Assembly (NCBI GenBank): GCA_964580925.1
Contig: CAZOMI010000001.1
Span: 48-64,047, forward strand
DNA from: an uncultured Methyloversatilis sp.
GTDB taxonomy: Bacteria; Pseudomonadota; Gammaproteobacteria; Burkholderiales; Rhodocyclaceae
DNA length: 64,000 nucleotides
Direction: 5' to 3'
Shown: piece by piece, positions 10,639 through 20,188 of the stretch
Layout: every line of letters starts with the position of its first letter
Numbering within the stretch: the first letter of the stretch is position 1
Notes under the pieces: model-generated
Seen by the model: only the letters and a program-made list of their open reading frames with translations
Told to the model about the DNA's origin: nothing
Databases searched by the model: none
Made by a program: the position numbers and the translations under genes

Positions 10639-11712
10639 ATGTCTGAACGGCTTACAAAAGGGGTGGCAACGGTAGCACAACTGGCGGAGTTCGACGCCAT
10701 CCTCGATGCACGTTCGCCGGGCGAGTTCGCCGCGGATCACCTGCCCGACGCCACCAGTTGCCCGGTGCTTTCGGATGAGCAACGCATCCGCGTCGGCACG
10801 CTCTACAAGCAGGTGTCGGCGTTCGAGGCCAAAAAGATCGGCGCGGTGCTGGTCGCCCGCAATATCGCCGACCACATCGAACAACGCTTCCTCGACCAGC
10901 CCAAGAGCTGGCGGCCGCTGGTCTATTGCTGGCGCGGCGGCAAGCGCTCGGGTGCTTTCGTTCATATTCTGCGCGAGATCGGCTGGGATGCCCACCGGCT
11001 CGATGGCGGCTACAAGGCCTGGCGGCGCCATGTGGTGGCCGCGCTGGCCGAACTGCCGCAACGCTTCGCCTTCAAGGTCATTGCCGGCCCCACCGGCAGC
11101 GCCAAGAGTCGCATCCTCGAAGCGCTGGCGCGCCAGGGGGCGCAGGTGCTGCATCTCGAAGAACTCGCCGCGCACAAGGGCTCGGTGCTCGGCCGCCTGC
11201 CCGACGCCCCGCAGCCGTCGCAAAAAATGTTCGAGTCGAAATTGTTCGCCGCGCTCTCGGGCTTCGATGCCAGCCACCCCGTTTTTGTCGAAGCCGAAAG
11301 CCGCCGCATCGGGGTGCTGCAGTTGCCCGACGCCGTGATCGCCGCCATCCGCGGCGCGCCCTGCCTGCGCGTCGATGCCCGCCGTCCCGCCAGAGCCGAC
11401 TTTCTGTTGCGCGACTATGACTATTTCATCGCCCGTCCGGCCTGGCTGATCGAGCAACTCGGCCACCTGCGCGGCCTGCAAAGCAACGAAACCCTGGCGC
11501 GCTGGACGGCCCTGATCGAGGCGGGGGAATTTCGCACACTCGTCGAGGAACTGCTCGAACAGCATTACGACCCGCTCTACCAGCGTTCGCAGGAAAGGAA
11601 TTATCGCGACTTCGGCGACGCCGCCCCGTTGGTTGCCGCTGATCTCGGCCCGGCGGCGATTGAAAAGCTTGCCGCGCAGATTCTGGCTGGTCAGACAATC
11701 ACCACTGATTAG
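10639..11712 (+). CDS. mnmH: tRNA 2-selenouridine synthase
   Basis: Rhodanese DARSPGEF, YCWRGGKRS, GPTGSAKS, HKGSVLG, EAESRRIG, HYDPLY. Confidence 0.95.
   Translation: MSERLTKGVATVAQLAEFDAILDARSPGEFAADHLPDATSCPVLSDEQRIRVGTLYKQVSAFEAKKIGAVLVARNIADHIEQRFLDQPKSWRPLVYCWRGGKRSGAFVHILREIGWDAHRLDGGYKAWRRHVVAALAELPQRFAFKVIAGPTGSAKSRILEALARQGAQVLHLEELAAHKGSVLGRLPDAPQPSQKMFESKLFAALSGFDASHPVFVEAESRRIGVLQLPDAVIAAIRGAPCLRVDARRPARADFLLRDYDYFIARPAWLIEQLGHLRGLQSNETLARWTALIEAGEFRTLVEELLEQHYDPLYQRSQERNYRDFGDAAPLVAADLGPAAIEKLAAQILAGQTITTD
11380..11403 (-). repeat. Motif A copy in mnmH
   Basis: CGCCGTCCCGCCAGAGCCGACTTT; RRPARADF. Confidence 0.8.
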
Positions 11713-11770
11713 TTCGTCACACCGGCGCAGGCCGGTGTCCAGGTTGTTGATTTTCCTGGCCGGACGGACC

Positions 11771-12313
11771 TCAGGGAATCCGCAATACGCTGCCCCGCCG
11801 CGCGACGATGTGCTGGATGACCGCCGGCCGTGGCTCGGCGACCTCGCCCTGCTCGAAGGCCAGCACCCGCAGGCGGTTCCTCACCAGGTCGAGCAGTTCG
11901 CCCGAGCGCAGCAGATAGGCCGGATTGCTCGGCTTGCCGAAACGTTCGTTGCCGACCATGAAGGTCTCGTAGATCAACAGGCCGCCTTCATTCAGGCAGC
12001 CAAATAAATTGGGCAGCAGCGGCCGGTGCAGATAATTGCTCACCACGATGGCATCGAAACCGCGCCCGAAATACGGCCAGGGACCGCCTTCAAGATCGGC
12101 GCAGCGCGTCTGGATGCCTTCGATCCCGGCCAGCGCGGCGAGCGCATCCGCATCGCGATCCACTGCCTCGACCCGCAGCCCCATGCCGGCCAGCAGGCGC
12201 GCATGTCGCCCGCTGCCGCAGGCCAGGTCGAGCACCATGCTCCCCGCCGGAATCAGCGGGGCGAAACGGGCGACCCAGGGTGAGGGTTCGAGCAAGGAAG
12301 TGTGTTCTGTCAT
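11771..12313 (-). CDS. Class I SAM-dependent methyltransferase (TehB-like)
   Basis: VLDLACGSGRH, NYLHRP, LIYETF. Confidence 0.88.
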   Translation of the reverse strand: MTEHTSLLEPSPWVARFAPLIPAGSMVLDLACGSGRHARLLAGMGLRVEAVDRDADALAALAGIEGIQTRCADLEGGPWPYFGRGFDAIVVSNYLHRPLLPNLFGCLNEGGLLIYETFMVGNERFGKPSNPAYLLRSGELLDLVRNRLRVLAFEQGEVAEPRPAVIQHIVARRGSVLRIP

Positions 12314-12320
12314 GTGGCTG

Positions 12321-12344
12321 CGCCGTATCGCCAGCGCCGACTTT
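12321..12344 (-). repeat. Motif A copy, intergenic
   Basis: CGCCGTATCGCCAGCGCCGACTTT. Confidence 0.85.
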
Positions 12345-12349
12345 TGGCC

Positions 12350-12670
12350 CTATCCCCAGGCCTGCGTGAGCAGTTCATCCAGTGCATCCATGATGCGAAT
12401 TCCTTCACTGCTCAGCGATTCGACTAATTCGCCGAGTTGCTCACCGGGAATCGAGACGATTTCCAGTGGGTGCAGGACGACGGAGTTCTTCTCGATCTTG
12501 AAGGTGGGATTGAAACGCGGATTGCCAATCTTCCCCAACGCCGATTTGAGTACCAGAGGCACCACCACGCGGCGGCGATAGTTGTCATACAAGGCTGATT
12601 GGACGAGCACCACATAGGGAATCGTATCCCGCTGTTTTCCGGTATTGCGATGGACGTCGAATTGAGCCAC
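12350..12670 (-). CDS. ccdB: CcdB family toxin
   Basis: MAQFDVHRN, YVVLVQS, RRVVVPL, RFNPTF, I..ALD.L. Confidence 0.85.
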   Translation of the reverse strand: MAQFDVHRNTGKQRDTIPYVVLVQSALYDNYRRRVVVPLVLKSALGKIGNPRFNPTFKIEKNSVVLHPLEIVSIPGEQLGELVESLSSEGIRIMDALDELLTQAWG

Positions 12671-12673
12671 GGA

Positions 12674-12925
12674 TCAGAGCGTCGAATATTCGTCGGCGAA
12701 TGAACCATGCCTGGCACTGAAGTCGTTCCAGGTCGCAATGGTCGACCTGAGCGCTGCCGCCCTGGCGCTGTGCTGCTGACGTTCCTGCTCGACATATTCG
12801 GCCAGGAGCGACTCGACTACCCCGGAAAGGTTGCGGGTCAGGCCGCGCGCCTGAGTGACCAAATCCTCATTCAGCGTCAAATTCACCGGACGTTTCCGCG
12901 CTGCCGTGTTGTAGGCAACCTTCAT
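12674..12925 (-). CDS. ccdA: CcdA family antitoxin
   Basis: RKRPVNLTL ribbon-helix-helix, NLS..VE..L, WN.F....GSFADE. Confidence 0.85.
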   Translation of the reverse strand: MKVAYNTAARKRPVNLTLNEDLVTQARGLTRNLSGVVESLLAEYVEQERQQHSARAAALRSTIATWNDFSARHGSFADEYSTL

Positions 12926-12951
12926 CGCACACCTCCGTAATTCGTTTCATT

Positions 12952-12970
12952 ATGCGCATTATATGCGCAT
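12952..12970. promoter_or_regulatory. Putative ccdAB operator
   Basis: Two ATGCGCAT palindromes directly upstream of ccdA. Confidence 0.55.
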
Positions 12971-12976
12971 TCATGC

Positions 12977-13690
12977 TCAAGCTGCTACCAGCAAGGACAG
13001 TTGCTCCGGCGTGAGATAAACCCACGCGCCCTCCGCCAGCCCCAGGCCCTCCAGCGTCAATCCGCCGATCGCCGTGCGCTGCAGCGCCACACAGTGGTGG
13101 CCGGCGGCGGCGAGCATGCGCCGGACCTGATGGTATTTGCCCTGGTCGAGGATGATTTCGATCTGGTGGCTGTCGAGTTGGCGGGCCCGGGCCGCCAGCG
13201 GCGCGGGTTCGTCGACCAGTTTCACGCCGGCCGAGAGTTGCGCGACGAGTTCCGGCGTCACCGGGTCCTGCGTGGTCGCGACATAGGTTTTCGTGACATG
13301 GCGCTTCGGGTGCGACTGGGCGTGGATGAAGGTGCCGTCATCGGAAAGCAGCAGCAGGCCGGTGGTGTCGTGGTCGAGGCGGCCGACCGGCTGTACGTCG
13401 CGCAGGGTGAACTGGTCAGGCAGCAGGGCCAGCACACCGCGATGGTGGCTGGGCCGCCGCGAACATTCGACGCCGGCCGGCTTGTTGAGGGCGAGATAGA
13501 GATGCTCGCGGTATTGCCAGGGCGTGCCATCCACCGTGAAGTTCAGCGCAGCGGTATCCGGCGTCATCTGATAATCGGTCACGATCTCGTCTTCGATGCT
13601 CACCGCGCCGTGAAGAATCAGGTTGCGACATTCACGGCGCGTGCCGAAGCCCTGCGTTTGCAGGATTTTGTCGAGGGACAAGCTTTTCAT
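12977..13690 (-). CDS. rsuA: 16S rRNA pseudouridine synthase RsuA family
   Basis: S4 domain, LNKPAG, VGRLDHDTTGLLL, GKYHQVRRM. Confidence 0.9.
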   Translation of the reverse strand: MKSLSLDKILQTQGFGTRRECRNLILHGAVSIEDEIVTDYQMTPDTAALNFTVDGTPWQYREHLYLALNKPAGVECSRRPSHHRGVLALLPDQFTLRDVQPVGRLDHDTTGLLLLSDDGTFIHAQSHPKRHVTKTYVATTQDPVTPELVAQLSAGVKLVDEPAPLAARARQLDSHQIEIILDQGKYHQVRRMLAAAGHHCVALQRTAIGGLTLEGLGLAEGAWVYLTPEQLSLLVAA

Positions 13691-14958
13691 ACTGTCGCGA
13701 GCGCCTGCTCCAGGTCGGCCTTGATGTCGTCGATGTGTTCGAGGCCGATCGCCAGCCGCACCATGTCTGCCGACACACCCGCCTTGGCCAGTTCGGCCGG
13801 GGAGAGTTGCCGGTGGGTGGTCGAGGCCGGATGGCAGGCGAGGCTCTTGGCGTCGCCGATATTGACGAGGCGGGTGATGAGCTTCAGCGCATCCTGGAAA
13901 CGGGCGCCACCGGCAGCACCGTCCTGAACGCCGAAGGTGAGGATGCCCGAGGCGCGACCGCCCATGTACTTCCGCGCCAGCGCGTGTTCGCGATGATCGG
14001 GCAGGCCGGCGTAGTTGACCCAGCCGACCTTCGCGTGGGTCTTGAGATATTGCGCCACGGCCTGCGTGTTTTCGCAGATGCGGTCCATGCGCACGGCCAG
14101 GGTCTCGATGCCCTGCAGGATCAGGAAGCTGTTGAAGGGCGAAATCGCCGCGCCCATGTTGCGCAGCGGCACCACGCGCGCCCGGCCGATGTAGGCGGCG
14201 GGGCCGAGCGCTTCGGTAAAGACGACACCGTGATAGGACACCTCGGGCGTGTTGAGGCGCTTGAAGCGTTCCTTGTGGTCGGCCCAGGGAAACTTGCCGG
14301 AATCGACAATCGCGCCGCCGATGCTGGTGCCGTGGCCGCCGAGGTATTTGGTCAACGCATGCACGACGATGTCGGCGCCATGCTCGAAGGGACGGCACAG
14401 ATAGGGCGTCGGCACCGTGTTGTCGACGATCAGCGGGATGCCTGCAGCATGGGCGATATCGGCCAGCGCGGCGATATCGACGACATTGCCGAGCGGATTG
14501 CCGACCGATTCGCAGAAGATCGCCTTGGTGCGCGCATCGATGAGCGGATTGAAACTGGCGGGTTTGTCATAATCGGCAAAGCGCACCTCGATGCCGTATT
14601 GCGGCAGGGTGTGGGCGAACAGGTTGTAGGTGCCGCCGTACAGGGTGCCAACCGAGACGATGTTGTCACCGGCTTCGGCGATGGTCTGGATCGCGTAGGT
14701 GGTCGCCGCCATGCCGGAAGCCAGGCCCAGCGCCCCGACGCCGCCTTCCATCGCCGCCAGGCGCTTTTCCAGCACGTCGGTGGTCGGATTCATGATGCGC
14801 GTGTAAATGTTGCCGGCGACCTTCAGGTCGAACAGGTCGGCACCATGCTGGGTATCGTCGAAAGCGTATGAGGTGGTCTGATAAATCGGCACCGCAACGG
14901 CTTTGGTGGTGGGATCGGGGCTGTAGCCGCCATGCACTGCCAGGGTTTCGATTTTCAT
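13687..14958 (-). CDS. metY: O-acetylhomoserine aminocarboxypropyltransferase/sulfhydrylase (MetY-like)
   Basis: [36 protein letters not shown]. Confidence 0.9.
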   Translation of the reverse strand: MKIETLAVHGGYSPDPTTKAVAVPIYQTTSYAFDDTQHGADLFDLKVAGNIYTRIMNPTTDVLEKRLAAMEGGVGALGLASGMAATTYAIQTIAEAGDNIVSVGTLYGGTYNLFAHTLPQYGIEVRFADYDKPASFNPLIDARTKAIFCESVGNPLGNVVDIAALADIAHAAGIPLIVDNTVPTPYLCRPFEHGADIVVHALTKYLGGHGTSIGGAIVDSGKFPWADHKERFKRLNTPEVSYHGVVFTEALGPAAYIGRARVVPLRNMGAAISPFNSFLILQGIETLAVRMDRICENTQAVAQYLKTHAKVGWVNYAGLPDHREHALARKYMGGRASGILTFGVQDGAAGGARFQDALKLITRLVNIGDAKSLACHPASTTHRQLSPAELAKAGVSADMVRLAIGLEHIDDIKADLEQALATV

Positions 14959-15049
14959 GGTTGTCCTCTGCGTATTTTGCTGACATGGTTGATAAATTGC
15001 GCGATTGAATTCATTATATAGATCAATCATAAAAGGCAGGAGAGCCGCC

Positions 15050-15979
15050 ATGCAAATCGCGAACGATATCATCGAACTGATCGGCAACACGCCGCTGGTT
15101 CGCCTCAACCGCATGAACGCCGACAACAGCGCGACGATCGCGCTGAAGCTGGAATTTTTTAACCCGGCGGGCAGCGTCAAGGACCGCATCGCCATGGCGA
15201 TGATCGATGCCGCCGAGAAGGCCGGCAAGATCAAGCCCGACACCATCATCCTCGAACCCACCTCGGGCAACACCGGCATTGGACTGGCGATGGTCTGCGC
15301 GGCGCGCGGCTATAAGGCCGCCTTCGTCATGCCGGAAACCATGAGCCGCGAACGCAAGCTGCTGCTCAAGGCCTACGGCGCCGAACTGATCCTCACCCCC
15401 GGACCCGAAGGCATGCCCGGCGCGATCAAGAAGGCCGAGGAAATGGCGGCAACCGATCCACGCTACTTCATCCCCCAGCAATTCGAAAACCCGGCGAACC
15501 CGGACGTCCATCGCAAAACGACCGCCGAGGAAATCTGGCGTGACACCGATGGCCAGGTCGACATTTTCATCTCCGGCGTGGGTACCGGCGGCACGGTCAC
15601 CGGCGTCGGCGAAGTGCTGAAGGCCAGGAAGCAGGTCAGGATCATCGCCGTCGAGCCCGATGCCAGTCCGGTGCTGTCCGGCGGCCAGCGCGGCCCGCAC
15701 CCGATCCAGGGCATCGGCGCCGGTTTCATACCCAGCATCCTCAACACCAAGATCTACGACGAAACCATCCGCGTGAATAACGATGACGCGCTGACCACCG
15801 CGCGCCGCATGGCGACCGAAGAAGGCCTGCTGGTCGGCATCTCCTCCGGCGCGGCGGTGTGGGCCGCACTGGAGGTCGCCAAGCGTCCGGAGAGCGCCGG
15901 CAAGCTGATCGTCGTCATCATTCCCTCCTTCGGAGAGCGTTATCTTTCCACTGTTCTCTACCAACATCTGGAAGTCTGA
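15050..15979 (+). CDS. cysK: Cysteine synthase A
   Basis: [40 protein letters not shown]. Confidence 0.97.
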   Translation: MQIANDIIELIGNTPLVRLNRMNADNSATIALKLEFFNPAGSVKDRIAMAMIDAAEKAGKIKPDTIILEPTSGNTGIGLAMVCAARGYKAAFVMPETMSRERKLLLKAYGAELILTPGPEGMPGAIKKAEEMAATDPRYFIPQQFENPANPDVHRKTTAEEIWRDTDGQVDIFISGVGTGGTVTGVGEVLKARKQVRIIAVEPDASPVLSGGQRGPHPIQGIGAGFIPSILNTKIYDETIRVNNDDALTTARRMATEEGLLVGISSGAAVWAALEVAKRPESAGKLIVVIIPSFGERYLSTVLYQHLEV

Positions 15980-15985
15980 CTGATG

Positions 15986-16243
15986 GCCCTCCCCCTCCCA
16001 GCCTCCCCCTCGCGGGGATTAAACGCCCGCCCTCCCCCGGCCCCTCCCTCGCGGGAGGTGTGACTGTTGACTCGCTCTGCTCGTTTGTTACGGGAAACCC
16101 CCGATCGTGCTTGGGAGCGGATTGCGGCTGGCGCCGCGTGCCGCCTTGTGTGCGACAAAGTCGCATTCCGCTACGCGGAACCAGCCTTCGGCTGTCCTGC
16201 GGCCTACGGCCTTGTCTTGGGGCGGCCCGGCGGCAAGGCTACT
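15986..16243 (+). repeat. Long composite family-B repeat with nested three-hairpin element
   Basis: CCCTCCCCCGGCCCCTCCC..GGGAGG-TGACTGTTG..CTCG..GCGGATTGCGGCTGGCGCCGCGTGCCG..TTGGGGCGGCCCGGC; shared with 39634, 41568, 43688, 52496. Confidence 0.88.
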
Positions 16244-16262
16244 GAATAAGGTGGTTTTTATA

Positions 16263-16286
16263 ATAGTCGGCGCTGGTTGGACGGCG
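16263..16286 (+). repeat. Motif A copy (degenerate), intergenic
   Basis: ATAGTCGGCGCTGGTTGGACGGCG. Confidence 0.7.
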
Positions 16287-16338
16287 TTTAATGACCGAAT
16301 AGGGTTGAGATATCGCGTGCTACCATGCCGCGCCCGCC

Positions 16339-18324
16339 ATGCCTGCCAAACCTGACCTGGAACGCCTTTTCTCTGCTGATGGACCGCTTGCGCGGGCCAT
16401 TGACGGTTACCGCCTGCGCGATCAGCAGCTGGCCATGGCGCGTCAGGTGTTCGAGGCCATCGAAACCAACCGGCTGCTGATCGCCGAGGCGGGTACCGGC
16501 ACCGGCAAGACCTTTGCCTACCTGGCGCCGGCGCTGCTGTCGGGCGGCAAGGTGATCATTTCCACCGGCACCAAGACCCTGCAGGACCAGCTCTTCAACC
16601 GCGACCTGCCGACGGTGCGCGATGCGCTCGGCGTGCCGGCGACGGTGGCGCTGCTGAAGGGGCGCGCCAATTACGTCTGCCCGTATCACCTCGAACGGGC
16701 GCTGGCCGGCGGACGGCTCAATTCACGCGCCGAGGTCATCCACCTGAATGCCATCGCCCGCTTCGCCAAGGCGACGGCCACCGGCGACAAGACCGAGTGC
16801 CGCGACGTGCCGGACGATTCAGGCGCCTGGCCGCTGGCCACTTCGACGCGCGACAACTGTCTCGGACAGGAATGCGCCTACGTCAAGGAATGCTTCGTCG
16901 TGGCCGCCCGCCGCGAGGCGCTGGCCGCCGATGTGGTGGTGGTGAATCACCACCTGTTCTTCGCCGATGTCATGCTCAAGGACGATGGCATGGGCGAGCT
17001 GCTGCCGGCCTGCAACACCGTCATTTTCGACGAGGCCCACCAGTTGCCCGAGGTCGCCGGCCTGTTCTTCGGCGAGGCCATCGGCACCGGCCAGTTGCTC
17101 GACCTGGCGCGCGACGTGAAGCTCGAGGGCATTGCCGCCGCCAAGGACTATGCGCCCCTGCAGGACGCCGCACGTGCGCTGGAAAAAGCCACCAAGGACC
17201 TGCGCCTGGCCTTCAAGCACGAGGGCATGCGGCTGTCGTTCGCCCAGTGGCAAACGCACGAAACAGCGGTGGCGGCGCTGGCGGAATTGCAGGGTACGCT
17301 GGACGAATTGAACAAGCACATCGAAAGCCAGGCCGGACGCTCCGAAGGCCTCGCCAACTGCCTGCGCCGCTGCGGCGAAACCATTTACCAATTGCGGCAT
17401 TGGCAGAATCAGAAAGTCGGCGCTGGCGGGACGGCGGGTGCTGGCGATGAAGAGGAAATATACGTGCGCTGGGTAGAAGTCGGCACCTATGCGGTGACCC
17501 TGAACCTCACCCCGCTATCGGTAGCGAACATCTTCCGCCGCCAACTGGAAGGCCATCCGCGTGCCTGGATATTCACCTCGGCGACGCTCGCGGTCGGCAA
17601 CGACTTCAGCCATTACCAGCAGGCGCTGGGCTTGAGCGAGGCAACCACGGGCCGCTGGGACAGCCCCTTCGACTACCCGGCGCACGCCCTGCTCTACTGT
17701 CCGCAGGGCTTGCCCGAACCCAACCATCCCGATTACTCGGAAGCCGTCGTCAACGCAGCCTGGCCGGTCATTCGCGCGTCGAGCGCGGCGCGCGGCGGCG
17801 CCTTCGTGCTGTGCACCTCATTGCGCGCCATGCGCCGCATCCACGAGTTGCTGGCCAGCCGGATTGCCGCGGCCGGCGCCGAGATGCCGCTGCTGCTGCA
17901 GGGCGAATGCTCGAAGTCGGAACTGCTCGACCGCTTTCGCCAGCTCGGCAATGCCGTGCTGGTAGCCAGCCAGAGTTTCTGGGAGGGCGTCGATGTGCGC
18001 GGCGCGGCGCTGTCGCTGGTGGTGATCGACAAGCTGCCCTTCGCCCCGCCGGACGATCCGGTGCTGGCGGCGCGCATCGACAGCCTGAAACAGCAGGGCC
18101 GCAATGCATTTTTCGAGGTACAGTTGCCGCGTGCCGTCATCAGCATGAAACAGGGCGCCGGGCGCCTGATTCGCGACGAAGTCGACCGTGGCGTGCTGAT
18201 GGTGTGCGACCCGCGGCTGATCGGCAAATCCTATGGCCGGCGCATCTGGCAGTCACTGCCGCCGATGCGGCGCAGCCGCGAACTGGCCGATGTCGAGGCT
18301 TTTTTTGAGGCGGAGCTTGTTTGA
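16339..18324 (+). CDS. yoaA: ATP-dependent DNA helicase DinG/YoaA family
   Basis: EAGTGTGKT, KGRANYVC, Fe-S cysteines, DEAH, SAT, FWEGVDV, KQGAGRLIR. Confidence 0.93.
   Translation: MPAKPDLERLFSADGPLARAIDGYRLRDQQLAMARQVFEAIETNRLLIAEAGTGTGKTFAYLAPALLSGGKVIISTGTKTLQDQLFNRDLPTVRDALGVPATVALLKGRANYVCPYHLERALAGGRLNSRAEVIHLNAIARFAKATATGDKTECRDVPDDSGAWPLATSTRDNCLGQECAYVKECFVVAARREALAADVVVVNHHLFFADVMLKDDGMGELLPACNTVIFDEAHQLPEVAGLFFGEAIGTGQLLDLARDVKLEGIAAAKDYAPLQDAARALEKATKDLRLAFKHEGMRLSFAQWQTHETAVAALAELQGTLDELNKHIESQAGRSEGLANCLRRCGETIYQLRHWQNQKVGAGGTAGAGDEEEIYVRWVEVGTYAVTLNLTPLSVANIFRRQLEGHPRAWIFTSATLAVGNDFSHYQQALGLSEATTGRWDSPFDYPAHALLYCPQGLPEPNHPDYSEAVVNAAWPVIRASSAARGGAFVLCTSLRAMRRIHELLASRIAAAGAEMPLLLQGECSKSELLDRFRQLGNAVLVASQSFWEGVDVRGAALSLVVIDKLPFAPPDDPVLAARIDSLKQQGRNAFFEVQLPRAVISMKQGAGRLIRDEVDRGVLMVCDPRLIGKSYGRRIWQSLPPMRRSRELADVEAFFEAELV
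17413..17436 (+). repeat. Motif A copy in yoaA
   Basis: AAAGTCGGCGCTGGCGGGACGGCG; KVGAGGTA. Confidence 0.85.
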
Positions 18325-19694
18325 TGACCCAATGCCGCATCCTGGCTGAAAGCTTGAACACCGGCTGCATCTGCCAGTCACTGGATCGCGCTGCACTGCG
18401 CAGCGCACTCGATCACGAGGCGCCCGATTTCTGGGACACCGTGATCGCGCCACGTCCGCACATGTTTTCGGATGTGACCGTGTTTGTCGGCGCGCACGAC
18501 CTCGCCCGCATGGCAACAGTGATCGCCGCCATCGAACAGGTGACGGCGCTGCCGGCCTATCGCCAGCACATCGGCATCGCGAATTCCGCATTCCCGGAAC
18601 CGAAGGTGCACAGCGTGTTTTTCGGCTACGACTTCCACATGGGCGCCAATGGCCCGCAACTCATCGAAATCAACACCAATGCCGGTGGCGGGCTGCTCAA
18701 CGCCATCCTCGCCCACGCGCAGCGCAGCTGCTGCCCGGCCGCCGAGGCCAGCAAGGTCGTGCTGCCGGGCGAGTTGGCCCGCCACGATCCGGCGGAAATG
18801 TTCATCGCGATGTTCCGCAACGAGTGGCGGCTGGAACGCGGCGACGCACCATTGCGCACTATCGCCATCGTCGACGACGATCCGGCCAGCCAATATCTGC
18901 AGCCCGAATTCGAGCTGTTCCGCCGCCTGTTCGAGCGTCATGGCCTGCAGGCGCTGATCTGCGATCCGCGCGAGTTGATGCTTTGTCACGGCGGTCTCTG
19001 GTTGTCATGCGACCACGGCGAAACCCGTGTCGACCTGGTGTACAACCGGCTCACCGATTTCGACCTCACCGAGAATGCCCACGCCGTCCTGCGCGAAGCC
19101 ATCCTGCGCGGCGTCGCCGTGGTCACTCCGCACCCTTACGCCCATGCCTTGTACGCCGACAAGCGCAACCTCTGCGCGCTGACCGACGCCAGCCTGCTTG
19201 AAGGCTGGGGCGTCGCTGCCGAAACACGGGCGCTGTTGTTATCGGCCATTCCGCGCACCGAACTGGTCACGCCCGAGCGTGCCGATGACTTCTGGGCAAG
19301 ACGCAAGCAACTGTTCTTCAAACCCGCGACGGGATACGCATCGAAAGCCGCCTATCGCGGCGACAAGATCACCAAGCGTGTTTTTGACGAGGTGCTGCAA
19401 GGCGCTAAAGAAACACGCCGGGCCGCCCCAAGTGTTTCTTTGCCCCCTGGGGGGGGAACGTCGCAAAGCGGCGTTTTCGGGGGGGGCTCATACGTGGCGC
19501 AGGCCTTGGCGCCGCCCTCGCTGCGCAAGGTGGAGGTCGCCGGAGAAATGACCGAGCTCAAGGTTGACCTGCGCAACTTCGTCTACAGTGGCGCGGTCCA
19601 ACTTGTTTCCGCCCGACTCTGGCAAGGCCAGACGGCCAATCTGCGGACCCCCGGCGGGGGGTTCGCCCCGGTCCTTGGAGTATCTGCATCTTGA
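18324..19694 (+). CDS. Uncharacterised ATP-grasp/glutathione-synthetase-like protein
   Basis: GYDFH, LIEINTNAGG, VYNRLTD, FFKP.TGY.SK, DLR; translationally coupled to yoaA and mobB. Confidence 0.75.
   Translation: MTQCRILAESLNTGCICQSLDRAALRSALDHEAPDFWDTVIAPRPHMFSDVTVFVGAHDLARMATVIAAIEQVTALPAYRQHIGIANSAFPEPKVHSVFFGYDFHMGANGPQLIEINTNAGGGLLNAILAHAQRSCCPAAEASKVVLPGELARHDPAEMFIAMFRNEWRLERGDAPLRTIAIVDDDPASQYLQPEFELFRRLFERHGLQALICDPRELMLCHGGLWLSCDHGETRVDLVYNRLTDFDLTENAHAVLREAILRGVAVVTPHPYAHALYADKRNLCALTDASLLEGWGVAAETRALLLSAIPRTELVTPERADDFWARRKQLFFKPATGYASKAAYRGDKITKRVFDEVLQGAKETRRAAPSVSLPPGGGTSQSGVFGGGSYVAQALAPPSLRKVEVAGEMTELKVDLRNFVYSGAVQLVSARLWQGQTANLRTPGGGFAPVLGVSAS
19404..19487 (+). repeat. Short family-B element, in frame (28 codons)
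   Basis: AAAGAAACAC-GCCGGGCCGCCCCAA-GTGTTTCTTT followed by C/G-run hairpins. Confidence 0.8.
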
Positions 19695-20188
19695 AGACTT
19701 TCGGTTTTGCCGGTTATTCCGGCGCAGGGAAAACCACCCTGATCGAACAATTGATCCCGCGCTTCAAGGCGCGCGGATTAAGCGTTTCCTTGATCAAGCA
19801 CACCCACCACAATTTCGACGTCGACCATCCAGGCAAGGATTCCTACCGTCACCGCGCCGCCGGCGCCGGCGAAGTGCTGCTGACCTGCGATACGCGCTGG
19901 GTGCTGATGCACGAACTGCATGGCCAAGCCGAACCCTCTTTGCAGGAACAACTGGCCGTGTTGTCGCCCTGCGATCTGGTGCTGATCGAAGGATTCAAGC
20001 AGACCGCCATCCCCAAGCTGGAAGTGCATCGGCCGGCGCACGGCAAGCCGCCGATCTGGACGGAAAATCCGAGCGTGATCGCGGTAGCGACCGATGCTGC
20101 AGTAGATTGCCCGCTGCCCCGGCTCGACCTCAACGACGTGGATGCCATCGCCGCATTCATCCTCAAATATCTGGAATTGCCATGCTGA
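19691..20188 (+). CDS. mobB: Molybdopterin-guanine dinucleotide biosynthesis protein B
   Basis: GYSGAGKTTL, IKHTHH.FD.D.PGKDS, LIEGFK. Confidence 0.95.
   Translation: MKTFGFAGYSGAGKTTLIEQLIPRFKARGLSVSLIKHTHHNFDVDHPGKDSYRHRAAGAGEVLLTCDTRWVLMHELHGQAEPSLQEQLAVLSPCDLVLIEGFKQTAIPKLEVHRPAHGKPPIWTENPSVIAVATDAAVDCPLPRLDLNDVDAIAAFILKYLELPC

Noticed and set aside
12977-15279. 473-aa RsuA and 530-aa MetY ORF-track calls
   Set aside because: Extensions overlap neighbouring real genes in other frames. Real starts are 13690 and 14958.
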